DNA from: a virus
Lineage: Duplodnaviria; Caudoviricetes
IMG/VR virus record: IMGVR_UViG_3300050156_000193
Location: 1-64,000 of that record
Length of the DNA: 64,000 nt
Strand: one strand, 5' to 3'
Shown one piece after another: positions 38,401-46,926 of this stretch. Position numbers and translations under genes: made by a program. Under the pieces are notes generated by a model that saw nothing but the letters and a program-made list of their open reading frames with translations, ran no database searches and was not told the DNA's origin. How positions within the stretch are numbered: position 1 is the first letter of the stretch; each line of letters begins with the position of its first letter.

Positions 38401-38842
38401 GGCCAGTACCCGTGTTAAAGTGGCTCTCCAGCTCCCCAGTGTCCCGAAAGCGGGTGTATACGCCTGGGCGAAGTTGAAGCTGATTTGCAACCGAGTAGTT
38501 GTTCCCCTTGTAGACAAGGGTATGCTTCCCAGTTAAATGAAAAGAGTCCATCAACGTAAAGTCTTGATGGGTATCCAGGACCTTACCGGTGAGCTTATCC
38601 ACTAACTTTAGGTCTGCTTTGATAGGGTAGGTGAGGCTGCGACTCTCCAGGATCGCCTTCTTCTCATCCCCATGTCCAATAGGGTTTCTCTCAGCCCGCA
38701 CATTATCGATCTCTAGGCGAAACTGTTTCCCCTCAATCGGGAATTGATTCTTCAGCCCATGAATCAGAGCGGAGTCGACTCTTTCACTGACTTCATCAGG
38801 AGATGAAAAGATCCGCGTTAGGCTTTCAGCTGAGGTAGGCAT
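35438..38842 (-). CDS. rpoB: Phage RNA polymerase beta subunit fused to the beta-prime N-terminus
   Basis: LALGRN..PWKGYNHED, GDKLTGLHGNKG, NP.SV.SRVNLGQ, GPQYFLKL; C-terminal SPL...I...S.GEV..P...GLFD...WGH is beta-prime region A. Confidence 0.9.
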   Translation of the reverse strand: MPTSAESLTRIFSSPDEVSERVDSALIHGLKNQFPIEGKQFRLEIDNVRAERNPIGHGDEKKAILESRSLTYPIKADLKLVDKLTGKVLDTHQDFTLMDSFHLTGKHTLVYKGNNYSVANQLQLRPGVYTRFRDTGELESHFNTGTGRSFSLTLEPQTGIFYLEVGSSKIPAAPLLTKVFGIGPKEVSNYVPPEVWNDNLAFVKGKENKYLSDIYHRMVSTSKQEANASPEGMAMQLKKSLEESSLHPQTTQSTLGKALVGVNHDAILLSLKNLVDTHSGKRQEDNRDSLQFKRVQNLPDFLKTRFAKEHQVVKLVKGRVVRELDRMDPLKPKLKGSMVPKPFNKFFSNYLMDSNLVSTPSETNPIESVENVAKVTVLGAGEGGIASDRGVPMSARDIDPSHLGIIDPSRTPESGHAGIDQRFTVTARRDEEGNLYSRVKDNSGKYHFLSVHEMMTKNIGFPHQDGMKEVQAQIHGELGKCPAKDIDYWLADTTDMYTVTTNLVPFLNSNHPGRLTMAGKAIPQALSLVNREAPLVQTVNEHGVSFAKQLAAVVGTTSPVEGVITAVDGLKVVIQTPDGKKETIQAVKNLPFNMKGFHDDEKPLVKVGDRVKPGTVLFDSNYTKDGTLALGRNLHAAYIPWKGYNHEDGLVISRSAAQSLSSHHAYKVDYEINEMSVPKKSLIARYFPGKITREQLDNLDDRGFAKQGAILKHGDPVYAVLEHKEPTPEDKMLGRLHKTLVTPYRLVMEPWNHEENGEVVDAHTASRQVRFIIRSVKHLEVGDKLTGLHGNKGIVSLILEDHEMPYLKGEGKPVDILLNPASVTSRVNLGQLMETAAAKIAKKTGTPYLIHNFSKASNVVGLKKELEAHGLQDSEELVDPTTQKVLGKVLNGPQYFLKLYKTSDQNWSARNTGSYDANGQPSKGGEEGSKSVGYMEMLGLMGSNARKNLKEIATTKSENSPEYWDKFLTGQPLPKPKVTFATQKFINYLTAAGIKTTLSNGTLTASPLTDKDILSMSNGEVKEPSMISAKNLEPEKGGLFDPAILGGMRGNKWGHYSLSEPIANPLMERPIKSILGLSTKEFEGIAYGKIGVKKQGDTFHLHDIESGKKLRSIQVNSLKARPVIEDEVEAEKED

Positions 38843-39159
38843 TACTCCGTCTCCTCCATATACTGAATCAAGATCATGAGTTTCTCCATGAAGATAAACT
38901 CCTTTTTACTAAGCACGAATGTCCCTTGGTTACGAATAGCCCGAGTCTCAATCAGCTCCAGCTCTGTAATATCGGAGGGATTGTCCATATCCAATTTCTG
39001 ATATCGAATACGGTAGTTATCCATTGACTTCTCAGTCTTACGCTTTCCCGCCAGGATATCTGGAAGAGCGGCAGGGTCGTTAAAAACAGTGCCCTTTTCA
39101 GGCTTAGCATCCAAGTTAGCAAGCGAAGAGAGTGACGGTGAGTTTAAAGAAGTAGCCAT
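38842..39159 (-). CDS. Hypothetical protein coupled to rpoB (TAATG)
   Basis: 105 aa ORF. Confidence 0.65.
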   Translation of the reverse strand: MATSLNSPSLSSLANLDAKPEKGTVFNDPAALPDILAGKRKTEKSMDNYRIRYQKLDMDNPSDITELELIETRAIRNQGTFVLSKKEFIFMEKLMILIQYMEETE

Positions 39160-39201
39160 TGAGGTTTTTTCAAAAATAGTAGTTGGCAGACGCGCTTGTG
39201 C

Positions 39202-41019
39202 TTACATTGCCGGTGCAGCGCTTTGATCGGGCGGGGCACCACCCACTTCAGTAGTCCCAGCCTCCCCTATATTAGGGGGAGGGGTCGTGCTTTGAGCCAA
39301 AGCCTGCTGCTGCATTTCTGATTGTACTTGATGAGTCTGATTTGTGCGACCTTCTTCTACAAGTTTCGAGACCATCAGCCACTTGGCGTAGTCCTGAACC
39401 TGCAACTGATTGAGCACAGTCCGGGTAGTAGTAGGGTCTGCATTGATCAGCTGTTCAGCAATTTGCTGACATTCAGTCAAAGCGGACTGGTAAGAGTCAT
39501 CCTTGGTGTTTTGCTTAGCAATGGCCAGGCCCTCAAGGTATTTAGCTTGCTCAACCGTAAATTGGATTCTGACGTCAGACTGAGCCTTCATCTTTGCATC
39601 CTTTTCGATTCGAACAAGCTCGTCTTCGTAAGACCTGCCTAGGGACTCATATATAGTGGTCATAGACACATTCCCTCCCTGAGCGAGGTTCATTAAGACG
39701 CTCTTCAGGGCATCGTCATCAGTCAGCTGGAATGGGGTTAGTCCGATTTCACAGGGCTCCCAAGCCTGATACGCTGCAACCTTGGTGGTAATCCAATCCA
39801 GCAGCTCCTGGATTTGACCCACATAACTGCTAAGCGTATTTTTTAGCATACGCAAGCCGACAGTAGAGCTGGTCCAATTAGTAGAACCTGAGAGAAGCTC
39901 TCGACTGACCCCTAAGCTAAGCAGAAGCGATTCTTCTGCCTGGGCAATTTCTTGGTTAACCAGTAAGGTTTTCCCTTCCCCGCTGATAGCTTGATACCCT
40001 ACTGGGAGAGGGGCAATGAGGACATGGTTATTGTCTTGCTTATGCTTAACCATCGCCTCTTCCATTTTGGAGACGAAGTTTCGCATAGAGATAGCAGTGA
40101 CCGGGTCAGAGTTCCCAGACTGGGCTTGAGGGAAGAGGACTCGCATCGGTGCCATGAAGTCCGTAGCGATGCTTTCGTTGGCCTTCCGAAGCGTGGCTTG
40201 GTAAAACACTAAGTTATAGTGACTGATCAGTGGGGGAATTGACACTCCGTTAACTGAAAAGCCTAGGTCTACGTTTCTGAGATGGAAGACATAGTCATCC
40301 TCAAATTGAAAGTCTTTCTGATCTTTGATCGCCTCGATAAACTCCCAAGGAATAGAGTCGATGAGGAGTCTATCCCCTGCCAAAACTCTACGCTTGATAT
40401 CGTTAGGGACCTTGTAGTAGTACTGACTCTTACCTGTGATCGGGTTATGGTTGACGGTAATGTTCAGAGGGTCCCAAACGATCAAGTTCATGTCGTTCAG
40501 ATTCGTAGACTTCGTGTCGTTACGAATGAACGTACCTGAACCTCCGCACTTCGGGCAAGTTCCGCTCAGATTAAAGTCTCGATACTTTAGGAAATTGGCG
40601 GAGTTTGCACCATAGGCAGAAGCACAGTGAGGACAGGTGTAGGTCCGTGTAACTGGAAAGTGGATGCTGATAAACACATTCCCAATCGTGAAGTACTGGA
40701 AACCGATGTCGTGAAGAGCTGACTTGAGTCGAAAGCTCTTAGTCAACCGCTTATACCGATCTACTGTAGAAGGGTCGGTTGCAGAGTAGGTAAACTCGGT
40801 GATCGGGTAGGTAGCTAGCTTCCGTAAGACCTCTGTCGTTACAGGGCTGTGTAGGGTGATAAATCTTACCCAGCGAATGACATCGTTCAAGTTTCTAGGT
40901 AGAAACTGGTTACTGATCGAGAAAAAAGGGTTTCTAGTTTGAGCTTGGTTGGTAGCCCCGATGTTGGATTGCTGCCCTCCAAAACCTGGAGTTAGAGGTG
41001 GGTAATAGGTAGAGGTCAT
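39202..41019 (-). CDS. Putative portal protein with Zn-ribbon insertion
   Basis: 605 aa; WDP..I, FHLR, helical clip/crown-like regions; CPHC...CPKC; precedes the head/RNAP block. Confidence 0.6.
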   Translation of the reverse strand: MTSTYYPPLTPGFGGQQSNIGATNQAQTRNPFFSISNQFLPRNLNDVIRWVRFITLHSPVTTEVLRKLATYPITEFTYSATDPSTVDRYKRLTKSFRLKSALHDIGFQYFTIGNVFISIHFPVTRTYTCPHCASAYGANSANFLKYRDFNLSGTCPKCGGSGTFIRNDTKSTNLNDMNLIVWDPLNITVNHNPITGKSQYYYKVPNDIKRRVLAGDRLLIDSIPWEFIEAIKDQKDFQFEDDYVFHLRNVDLGFSVNGVSIPPLISHYNLVFYQATLRKANESIATDFMAPMRVLFPQAQSGNSDPVTAISMRNFVSKMEEAMVKHKQDNNHVLIAPLPVGYQAISGEGKTLLVNQEIAQAEESLLLSLGVSRELLSGSTNWTSSTVGLRMLKNTLSSYVGQIQELLDWITTKVAAYQAWEPCEIGLTPFQLTDDDALKSVLMNLAQGGNVSMTTIYESLGRSYEDELVRIEKDAKMKAQSDVRIQFTVEQAKYLEGLAIAKQNTKDDSYQSALTECQQIAEQLINADPTTTRTVLNQLQVQDYAKWLMVSKLVEEGRTNQTHQVQSEMQQQALAQSTTPPPNIGEAGTTEVGGAPPDQSAAPAM

Positions 41020-41286
41020 TCGAGTCTAGGGGGAGGTGGAAGGATTGAATCTAAGATCAAAAGGTTTGGCTTGAAGAATTGTACTACGATTTTAGAGAAA
41101 CTCAAAGCTCAACTTAAAATATCTAGGACTTGAAAAGTCGAAGACTGATCGAAGTTCATGTGCAGAAGATGCCGGCCCGCTTCGGATTTCAATCCCCGTT
41201 GAGCTAGGATCGAACTTTGTTTAGAGCTTTGGATTTTCTACCCCCACATTTTCCAGTAAACACTCCAGAATCCCCAGAACCCAAAA

Positions 41287-42504
41287 ATGAGTTACAAAAA
41301 CATTGCCACCCTTACCTCTGCCCAGCAAGCTGCTGGGGTGACCGGCGTAGCTGGGGTGAAGTCTGACGGAAGTCTTATCGGACCTTCTGGAGCCCCGGTG
41401 TCAGCGGGCGGGATAAAGCGCGCCGAACTATCAACCGTGCGCGCTGCAGGCAACAGTTACGACGCAGGCGCGGGCGCAAGCACCACTACTAAGCGGTACA
41501 CCTCGCTCGTGGCAGCGTCCAAGGGTTGGACAGAAATCAACATTGCGACGGGCGGCTCAACCATTGCCGGATGGATGGACGCTCAAGTCGGAAGCGCCGT
41601 GGTGTTGGCTGGTGATAACTGGACGTTCAGCGGTTCGCTCAACGACCTGTGCAGATGCGGGCCGAGCCCGCTCAAACTGAAGCAGTTTGAGTCCTGCCTT
41701 TACGCATTGCTGTCGTTTTGCGCGATTCCTGACACCAAAAAGGTGTTCCCTGCGACCAATTCAGGTTCTTCGCAGCTAAACACAGCCCAAGTGACTTACA
41801 CGCCTGGATCTGCTCAATGGCCCCTGATTTCGACAATTTTCGCGGGCAAGGCCGCCTATTCACGAATGTTCGTCTACAGCGCGACGAATGGAGCAACGGC
41901 CACTGCCACAGTCACGGGCGATACCGTGATGTTCTGGTATGGGCAGGTAATCAACACCGCCTCCTATTACCTAGTCAGCGTTGACGGTGTGACTTACGGA
42001 AACGGGAAACTTGGCACGCAGCCGGTGGCTGATACATCCAAAGATGATGGCGGCTGGATGATGGCGTGCCAGCGAATCGGCGGGCTTTCGAATGGGCCAC
42101 ACACAGTGACTGTCACCGTAGTAGGGAGCACAAACGTGGTACTCGGGTGCTTTGCTGGATACGACTCCAAGAGCCTCATCGGTGCAAACGTGTACTGCGG
42201 CAACATCGTCCCGCTGACTGCAGCAGGCTGGACCGCGAACGTGGGCAAGAACGCTGCAGCTGCTGCAGTCACAGACGGCCAGTCATCTTGGCTGTATGAA
42301 TCGACCGCATGCGGGCAGTGGAACAACGTGATTGCCAGTGTGTGCAACAGGCTCAAGTCCGAGGGGCTGAACGTCAACTTGGTGGACGTTGCGTCTGTGG
42401 TGAACATCCTCGGCGCTGATGCTGACAACATCCACCTGGCCGACCCACAACACTGGCAATTCGCACAGCAAGTGCTCCGCGTCATCAATATGATCACGGT
42501 CTGA
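41287..42504 (+). CDS. SGNH/GDSL-hydrolase-domain protein (putative tail spike / receptor-binding esterase)
   Basis: AGNSY block I, GGSTI block II, NDL block III, DNIH block V; GC-richer than flanks. Confidence 0.65.
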   Translation: MSYKNIATLTSAQQAAGVTGVAGVKSDGSLIGPSGAPVSAGGIKRAELSTVRAAGNSYDAGAGASTTTKRYTSLVAASKGWTEINIATGGSTIAGWMDAQVGSAVVLAGDNWTFSGSLNDLCRCGPSPLKLKQFESCLYALLSFCAIPDTKKVFPATNSGSSQLNTAQVTYTPGSAQWPLISTIFAGKAAYSRMFVYSATNGATATATVTGDTVMFWYGQVINTASYYLVSVDGVTYGNGKLGTQPVADTSKDDGGWMMACQRIGGLSNGPHTVTVTVVGSTNVVLGCFAGYDSKSLIGANVYCGNIVPLTAAGWTANVGKNAAAAAVTDGQSSWLYESTACGQWNNVIASVCNRLKSEGLNVNLVDVASVVNILGADADNIHLADPQHWQFAQQVLRVINMITV

Positions 42505-42603
42505 TTTCAACCCCCTGCCGGTGGGGATTGGGTTTTGAAAGATGCGCCACCTGTGCGCCAGTGAGGAATGAGGTGGGGGATTGAGTTTTATTGTTTAGAC
42601 GGG

Positions 42604-42630
42604 GACCTCGAAAGAGGTCTTTGTTTTTTT
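42604..42630 (+). terminator. Intrinsic terminator
   Basis: GACCTC-GAAA-GAGGTC followed by a T tract. Confidence 0.75.
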
Positions 42631-42666
42631 AGCTCGTCTTAGCCCCAACTAGGATATAATCCTACT

Positions 42667-43833
42667 ATGCTCTCCAACCCTGCTCGACCAGATCCTAACA
42701 AAGATGAAGGTACAGTTCTCCAAGTAGACGCCGTTCGTTGTCTTTGCAAAGTTAGAACCTTGAAAGGTCAAGTCCTAAGCCCTGTAAGTTGGACGACCTC
42801 TTTTGGGGGGTCTACTCGAGGTTCTGATCGAAGTACCCCTCACGTAGGAGATCGCGTTTTCCTAGACTTTGGGTTAGGGTACCCCGTCATCACAGGGTTT
42901 CTCCCCAAGCTGCAACTCGCAGACGGAGCTACTCCTTTAAGTATCAATTCAGGAGATGAATTGGTCGATACGGGTAGCTACAGCCCCAACGGATCCTCTA
43001 CTAAAGGAGATCAGAACCGACCCTTAGATACCCTTCTAGGAGATAGGCTCTTCTCTTCAATAGGTGGAGCGTTCCTAGGTTTACTACGAGGTGGCTCAGT
43101 AGTATTGCGCTCTTCCAGAGTTTCCGAGATCTTCTTGTCAAAGTTCGATAGCCTAGTCAGGGTAGTGTCCCGGAACTGGGAGCATTACACTGACGTAAGC
43201 TCGGAAATCATCCGAAATTACAAGGGTAGAGTCTATCAATACTCCGGGTATGCTAGCACCTACCTTAAATCCAAGATCGAAGACTATAACCTACATTTCT
43301 ATTACGGAGATGTGAAAGCTGCAGAAGCTGTTAAAACCAACATCCACTCCGGTCTAACTCCTCCTGCCCAGGACAGCATTATCTATAAAGAGCAGATCAC
43401 CGACGCCCCTCCCGGGTCTGCTACTAGAGAGCTAATGCACAGAACCTTGAACCTTTCCGGGAATGAAGAAGTTTGGATTTTCAACGGTTCTCATTTTACC
43501 AGGGTAATAAGTACCGCAGAAGAACTTCGTTTAACTTGGAATGACCAAAATATACTCTCTATCACAGAGACAAGTATCCATGCTTTTCACAAGGATGGGT
43601 CAGATCTGATCTTAGATTCTGCTGGGGTTAGAGCTTCGTTTAAAGATGGGTTAGTGAAGATAGAAGATGGGAAAACCTCAGTGAAGTACGGGGCTAGTAG
43701 TATAGAACTTACCACGTCCGGAATCACTGGTACTTCTGGATCAGGGGCGTACCAAGTAACCCCGACCCAAACCACGATTTCAAATAGTGGGCATCAGGTG
43801 ACAGTAGGCCCTGGTGGGGTTAATATTAGCTAG
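42667..43833 (+). CDS. Baseplate spike / gpV(gp5)-like protein
   Basis: N-terminal OB-fold pattern (G.V..VD...C.V...P.VGDRV) and C-terminal beta-strand repeats. Confidence 0.65.
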   Translation: MLSNPARPDPNKDEGTVLQVDAVRCLCKVRTLKGQVLSPVSWTTSFGGSTRGSDRSTPHVGDRVFLDFGLGYPVITGFLPKLQLADGATPLSINSGDELVDTGSYSPNGSSTKGDQNRPLDTLLGDRLFSSIGGAFLGLLRGGSVVLRSSRVSEIFLSKFDSLVRVVSRNWEHYTDVSSEIIRNYKGRVYQYSGYASTYLKSKIEDYNLHFYYGDVKAAEAVKTNIHSGLTPPAQDSIIYKEQITDAPPGSATRELMHRTLNLSGNEEVWIFNGSHFTRVISTAEELRLTWNDQNILSITETSIHAFHKDGSDLILDSAGVRASFKDGLVKIEDGKTSVKYGASSIELTTSGITGTSGSGAYQVTPTQTTISNSGHQVTVGPGGVNIS

Positions 43834-43870
43834 GCTTAGGGGTCGGGGTTGATTCGAGGGTAGTTGTAAA

Positions 43871-43906
43871 TTCAATATTCACTGTATTTCTTGGTATAAG
43901 AATAGT
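43871..43906 (+). promoter_or_regulatory. Early-type promoter motif, copy 6
   Basis: TAGTTGTAAA-TTCAAT-N18-TATAAGAATAGT. Confidence 0.75.
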
Positions 43907-43954
43907 ACAGAAGGAGACACCCCTTTCCACTTCTGAACCCCCAATATAGGAGCC

Positions 43955-44170
43955 TTGATGACAACCCCATTAAACATTCTCCCCGGCATGAACTCGGTGT
44001 GGTGCCCCTCCGCCAAGGGCGGCCCGGTGTGCAGGGTCATATGTATCGCCAATGAGGGCAGTATGGAAGAAGATTTCCCGGTGACTGTGGTGTACAGTGA
44101 CTTGGAAGATTTCCTCACCCGGTCGCAACCCCTTCGGGACTGGGTTAAAAACATGATTGAAATCGTGTAG
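43955..44170 (+). CDS. Hypothetical protein
   Basis: 71 aa ORF, AGGAG RBS. Confidence 0.6.
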   Translation: MMTTPLNILPGMNSVWCPSAKGGPVCRVICIANEGSMEEDFPVTVVYSDLEDFLTRSQPLRDWVKNMIEIV

Positions 44171-44224
44171 TAAGTAAACCCCTTAGGTGCCTAATACCCG
44201 GCACCTACTAAACCGGAGACTTCC

Positions 44225-44566
44225 ATGTCTGACCAATCTGTTCCCAGCTCTGATGACCTTTCACGTAACGTAGAAGATCTTCTCCGTGACGTGGAGAAGT
44301 TGCAAGGAAACAAGGCTGAAGCCTCTTACACGCAATCCCACCGGGTGTCTGACGATGAGGATGAAGTTGTTCACATCGAGATCAAGATTCAAGGGAATGA
44401 GGCTGCTGCGGCCCCGTCCTTGAATTCACTGATTGGAAGCGTTCGCCTAGGTAAGGATATCGTCCTTCCCATCGTTGGTTTCATCGCTGCCACCGCAGGT
44501 TTCTGCTTTGTGACAAACTACGCAGCCAAGAGTGGTGAGCTTCTTGGCAGCAAAATGTTTAAGTAG
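44225..44566 (+). CDS. Small C-terminally anchored membrane protein
   Basis: Acidic N-terminus; TM IVLPIVGFIAATAGFCFV. Confidence 0.65.
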   Translation: MSDQSVPSSDDLSRNVEDLLRDVEKLQGNKAEASYTQSHRVSDDEDEVVHIEIKIQGNEAAAAPSLNSLIGSVRLGKDIVLPIVGFIAATAGFCFVTNYAAKSGELLGSKMFK

Positions 44567-44647
44567 GCCGCCGTAACCCTTCCGCCTGCATCTGAGAAGC
44601 CTCCCTGTCCCCCGCCAATTCGGCAAACTTTCTTCAAAGGAAATTCC

Positions 44648-44947
44648 ATGTCTACGACTCAAACCCAAGACCAAACCCAAGACCAAACCCAAGACCAAAC
44701 CCAAGACCAAACCCAAGACCAAACCCAAGACCAAACCCAAGACCAAACCCAAGACCAAACCCAAGCCCCCAAGATCCGCTCGGAGGAAGTCCAAATCTCT
44801 CCTCCCGCCTGGAGCGAGCGTCACCCCGCCCTGGCCTCCGTCCTGGCGGTGAGTTCGTTCGTAGCTGGGGTAGCCTTGATGGGCCTGGCTGCAGGATTCT
44901 CTGCTAAGGCAGGTGAAAATCTGGCCAATCGCCACTTTGGTGGCTAA
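44648..44947 (+). CDS. Small C-terminally anchored membrane protein with (QTQD)n repeat
   Basis: AAGGA RBS; TM LAVSSFVAGVALMGLAAG. Confidence 0.7.
   Translation: MSTTQTQDQTQDQTQDQTQDQTQDQTQDQTQDQTQDQTQAPKIRSEEVQISPPAWSERHPALASVLAVSSFVAGVALMGLAAGFSAKAGENLANRHFGG
44660..44766. repeat. 12-bp tandem repeat (CAAACCCAAGAC) x8 plus one imperfect copy
   Basis: Direct reading; encodes QTQD. Confidence 0.97.
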
Positions 44948-44996
44948 GATTTGGACTTGGGGGTAATTCCCCAAGTCTCTTTCCTGGAGATTTTCC

Positions 44997-45200
44997 ATGC
45001 AATACTTCGGATTCGGATTCATCATTATATGGGTCCGAGCCCTCATCGGTTGGGTTCTGAACCTCAATCACCTCTTTACTGCCGCGACCTCAGGTGGCAC
45101 GTTGGCAAACCTTGGCGCCATCGTAATTCTTCAAATCTTCGGCGTCTTGGTCGCCCCAGTCGGGGCAGTGCTGGGATGGATCCAGGCCTTCACAGGTTGA
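44997..45200 (+). CDS. Small two-TM membrane protein
   Basis: Hydrophobic 67 aa; GWVLN...APVGAVLGW. Confidence 0.65.
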   Translation: MQYFGFGFIIIWVRALIGWVLNLNHLFTAATSGGTLANLGAIVILQIFGVLVAPVGAVLGWIQAFTG

Positions 45201-45259
45201 CCTGGCCGATCTCTCAGCCTCCCTCCCTCTCAATTCACTCTTTTCTCAAAGGAACTCTC

Positions 45260-45484
45260 ATGTCTGACGCTCAATTCACCCGAGCTGCCCAATCCACCGC
45301 TCAAACCGCTGCTTCGGCCGCAAACCCGACCCCGCTGGTGATGCAAACTGGCGTGGTCCTGGGCGCCTTCCTGGCTACCACTCTTCTGGCCGGCTTCATC
45401 GGCTATAAGATGGGCGTCAAGGACGGGGCTGCCTCTGCAGCTGACGCCCAGTTGTCCGATGTCCCAGTCACCGAAGCTGCCTAA
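45260..45484 (+). CDS. Small membrane protein (start revised to ATG 45260)
   Basis: AAGGA RBS; TM GVVLGAFLATTLLAGFIGY. Confidence 0.65.
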   Translation: MSDAQFTRAAQSTAQTAASAANPTPLVMQTGVVLGAFLATTLLAGFIGYKMGVKDGAASAADAQLSDVPVTEAA

Positions 45485-45560
45485 TCAGGCCAGAGTCGGG
45501 ATTCTTGCAGGGGTCACCAGCCGACCCCTGCCCCCGTGGCTCATCTCTCAGGTTATTAAC

Positions 45561-45809
45561 ATGCAGCAAGACTTTCCCGACAATTTGGCACAGGCTGGTT
45601 TCAACGGTATCAACGTCCAGTTCACCTTGACAGAGGAGGAACGGGAAAAGATGATCAATCACTGTATTAAGATGCAGGAGCTGACAGAGAAACGAGAGAT
45701 GATCGGTATCGTATCTTCAGTTGCCTCCGTTGCTTTGACCATCGTCGGTATCGTTGCCATCGGGTTCTCCATTTCTGCTGGTGCAAAGCATGAAATCGGT
45801 CAGTTCTAA
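45561..45809 (+). CDS. Small C-terminally anchored membrane protein (start uncertain)
   Basis: TM IVSSVASVALTIVGIVAIGF. Confidence 0.55.
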   Translation: MQQDFPDNLAQAGFNGINVQFTLTEEEREKMINHCIKMQELTEKREMIGIVSSVASVALTIVGIVAIGFSISAGAKHEIGQF

Positions 45810-45894
45810 AGAACTGAATTGAAAAGACAAGCTAAGTTCAGCCTGTCTTTTTTTGGTTAAACCAAAGTAAATACTGAAATTAAGAGATTTTTAA

Positions 45895-46917
45895 ATGGGT
45901 GGAAATGCACTTTCATTGCCGTCCGTCAGGCTTTGTGCCGACGTCTATTTCAAGGTAGAAGACAGCTGTGTACAAAGTCTTCGTAAAGCTTTTCCAGACT
46001 GCAGAGTAGAGCCTATCTTGGCCTACCGGGAAAAGAGGAGCTTTGGGGACTTGGATATTCTGGTCTCAAGAGAAGGATTTGATCCTGTAGCAGCTTCAAG
46101 CGCTTTTTCCCAACCTTCTCACTTTGAAACAGTTAGAAATGGGCCAGTGACTTCCTATGGTATCCGAGTAGGTCCTGAGCCTTTCGGAATCTTCCAAGTC
46201 GACATCATCACAGCCCCTGCAGACCAGTTTGAAGCAGCGTTGAACTATTTCAATTACAACGACTTGGGTAATCTTCTAGGTAGAATTGCTCACTCAATGG
46301 GTGGGCTGAAGCTGGGTCATGATGGGCTCACTTACCCAGTCCGTGCAGGGGACGGTAATCACGTCCTCGGAATCATTCCTATCTACACGGATTATTCCAA
46401 GATCATCCCCCTGATTGGACTAGACTACTCAAGGTTCCAAGCCGGGTTTGATAGCTTAGAACAGATCTTTGAATTTGTAGCAAGCAGCACTTACTTCAAT
46501 TCAGATATCTATCTACTGCATAATCGGAATGCCACAGGTCGTATCAGAGATAAGAAGAGAAAGACTTATATGGACTTCTTAACTTGGCTGGAGAGGCGTC
46601 CCAATCTTTCCAAGAAAGACGAAGTCCGACCTTCCCGGTCTGATTGGCTGGCGAAGTTCAAGCAAGAAATCCCAGGATTCGAATCTAAATACGAGGAAAT
46701 CATGGAAGAACGCCGTTTAAACGAAGCCTTAAAACTGAAATTCAACGGGAATCTGATCTCAGAATGGACGGAGTTAGAAGGCAAACCTCTTGGTCAGTTC
46801 ATGGCAGCATTCAATGCTCTTTTCGCTTCCAAGCAAGACATGCGAAGTTGCCTGCTAAGCTGTAGTCCTGAAAAGATCAAGCAGACAGTCCTTGATTTCC
46901 ACTCCGTTTTCAAGTAG
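45895..46917 (+). CDS. Pol-beta-superfamily nucleotidyltransferase-like phage protein
   Basis: MGGNAL N-terminus, FGDLDILV, FQVDII. Confidence 0.65.
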   Translation: MGGNALSLPSVRLCADVYFKVEDSCVQSLRKAFPDCRVEPILAYREKRSFGDLDILVSREGFDPVAASSAFSQPSHFETVRNGPVTSYGIRVGPEPFGIFQVDIITAPADQFEAALNYFNYNDLGNLLGRIAHSMGGLKLGHDGLTYPVRAGDGNHVLGIIPIYTDYSKIIPLIGLDYSRFQAGFDSLEQIFEFVASSTYFNSDIYLLHNRNATGRIRDKKRKTYMDFLTWLERRPNLSKKDEVRPSRSDWLAKFKQEIPGFESKYEEIMEERRLNEALKLKFNGNLISEWTELEGKPLGQFMAAFNALFASKQDMRSCLLSCSPEKIKQTVLDFHSVFK

Positions 46918-46926
46918 AATTTACCC

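Noticed and set aside
26023-38842. Cellular rpoBC operon or phiKZ-like nucleus-forming phage
   Set aside because: The context is capsid, portal and protease genes with no ribosomal genes. No chimallin or PhuZ is recognisable in this window, and the split pattern is unlike phiKZ as I know it; the rest of the genome could change this
34258-38842. Intein or group I intron explaining the RNAP split
   Set aside because: No intein splice motifs or intron-like gap; the pieces have their own start signals and the beta/beta-prime-mid gap is only 37 bp
41020-41286. Riboswitch or ncRNA in the portal/SGNH intergenic region
   Set aside because: Some pairing potential but no family motif I can recognise; would need an Rfam/Infernal search
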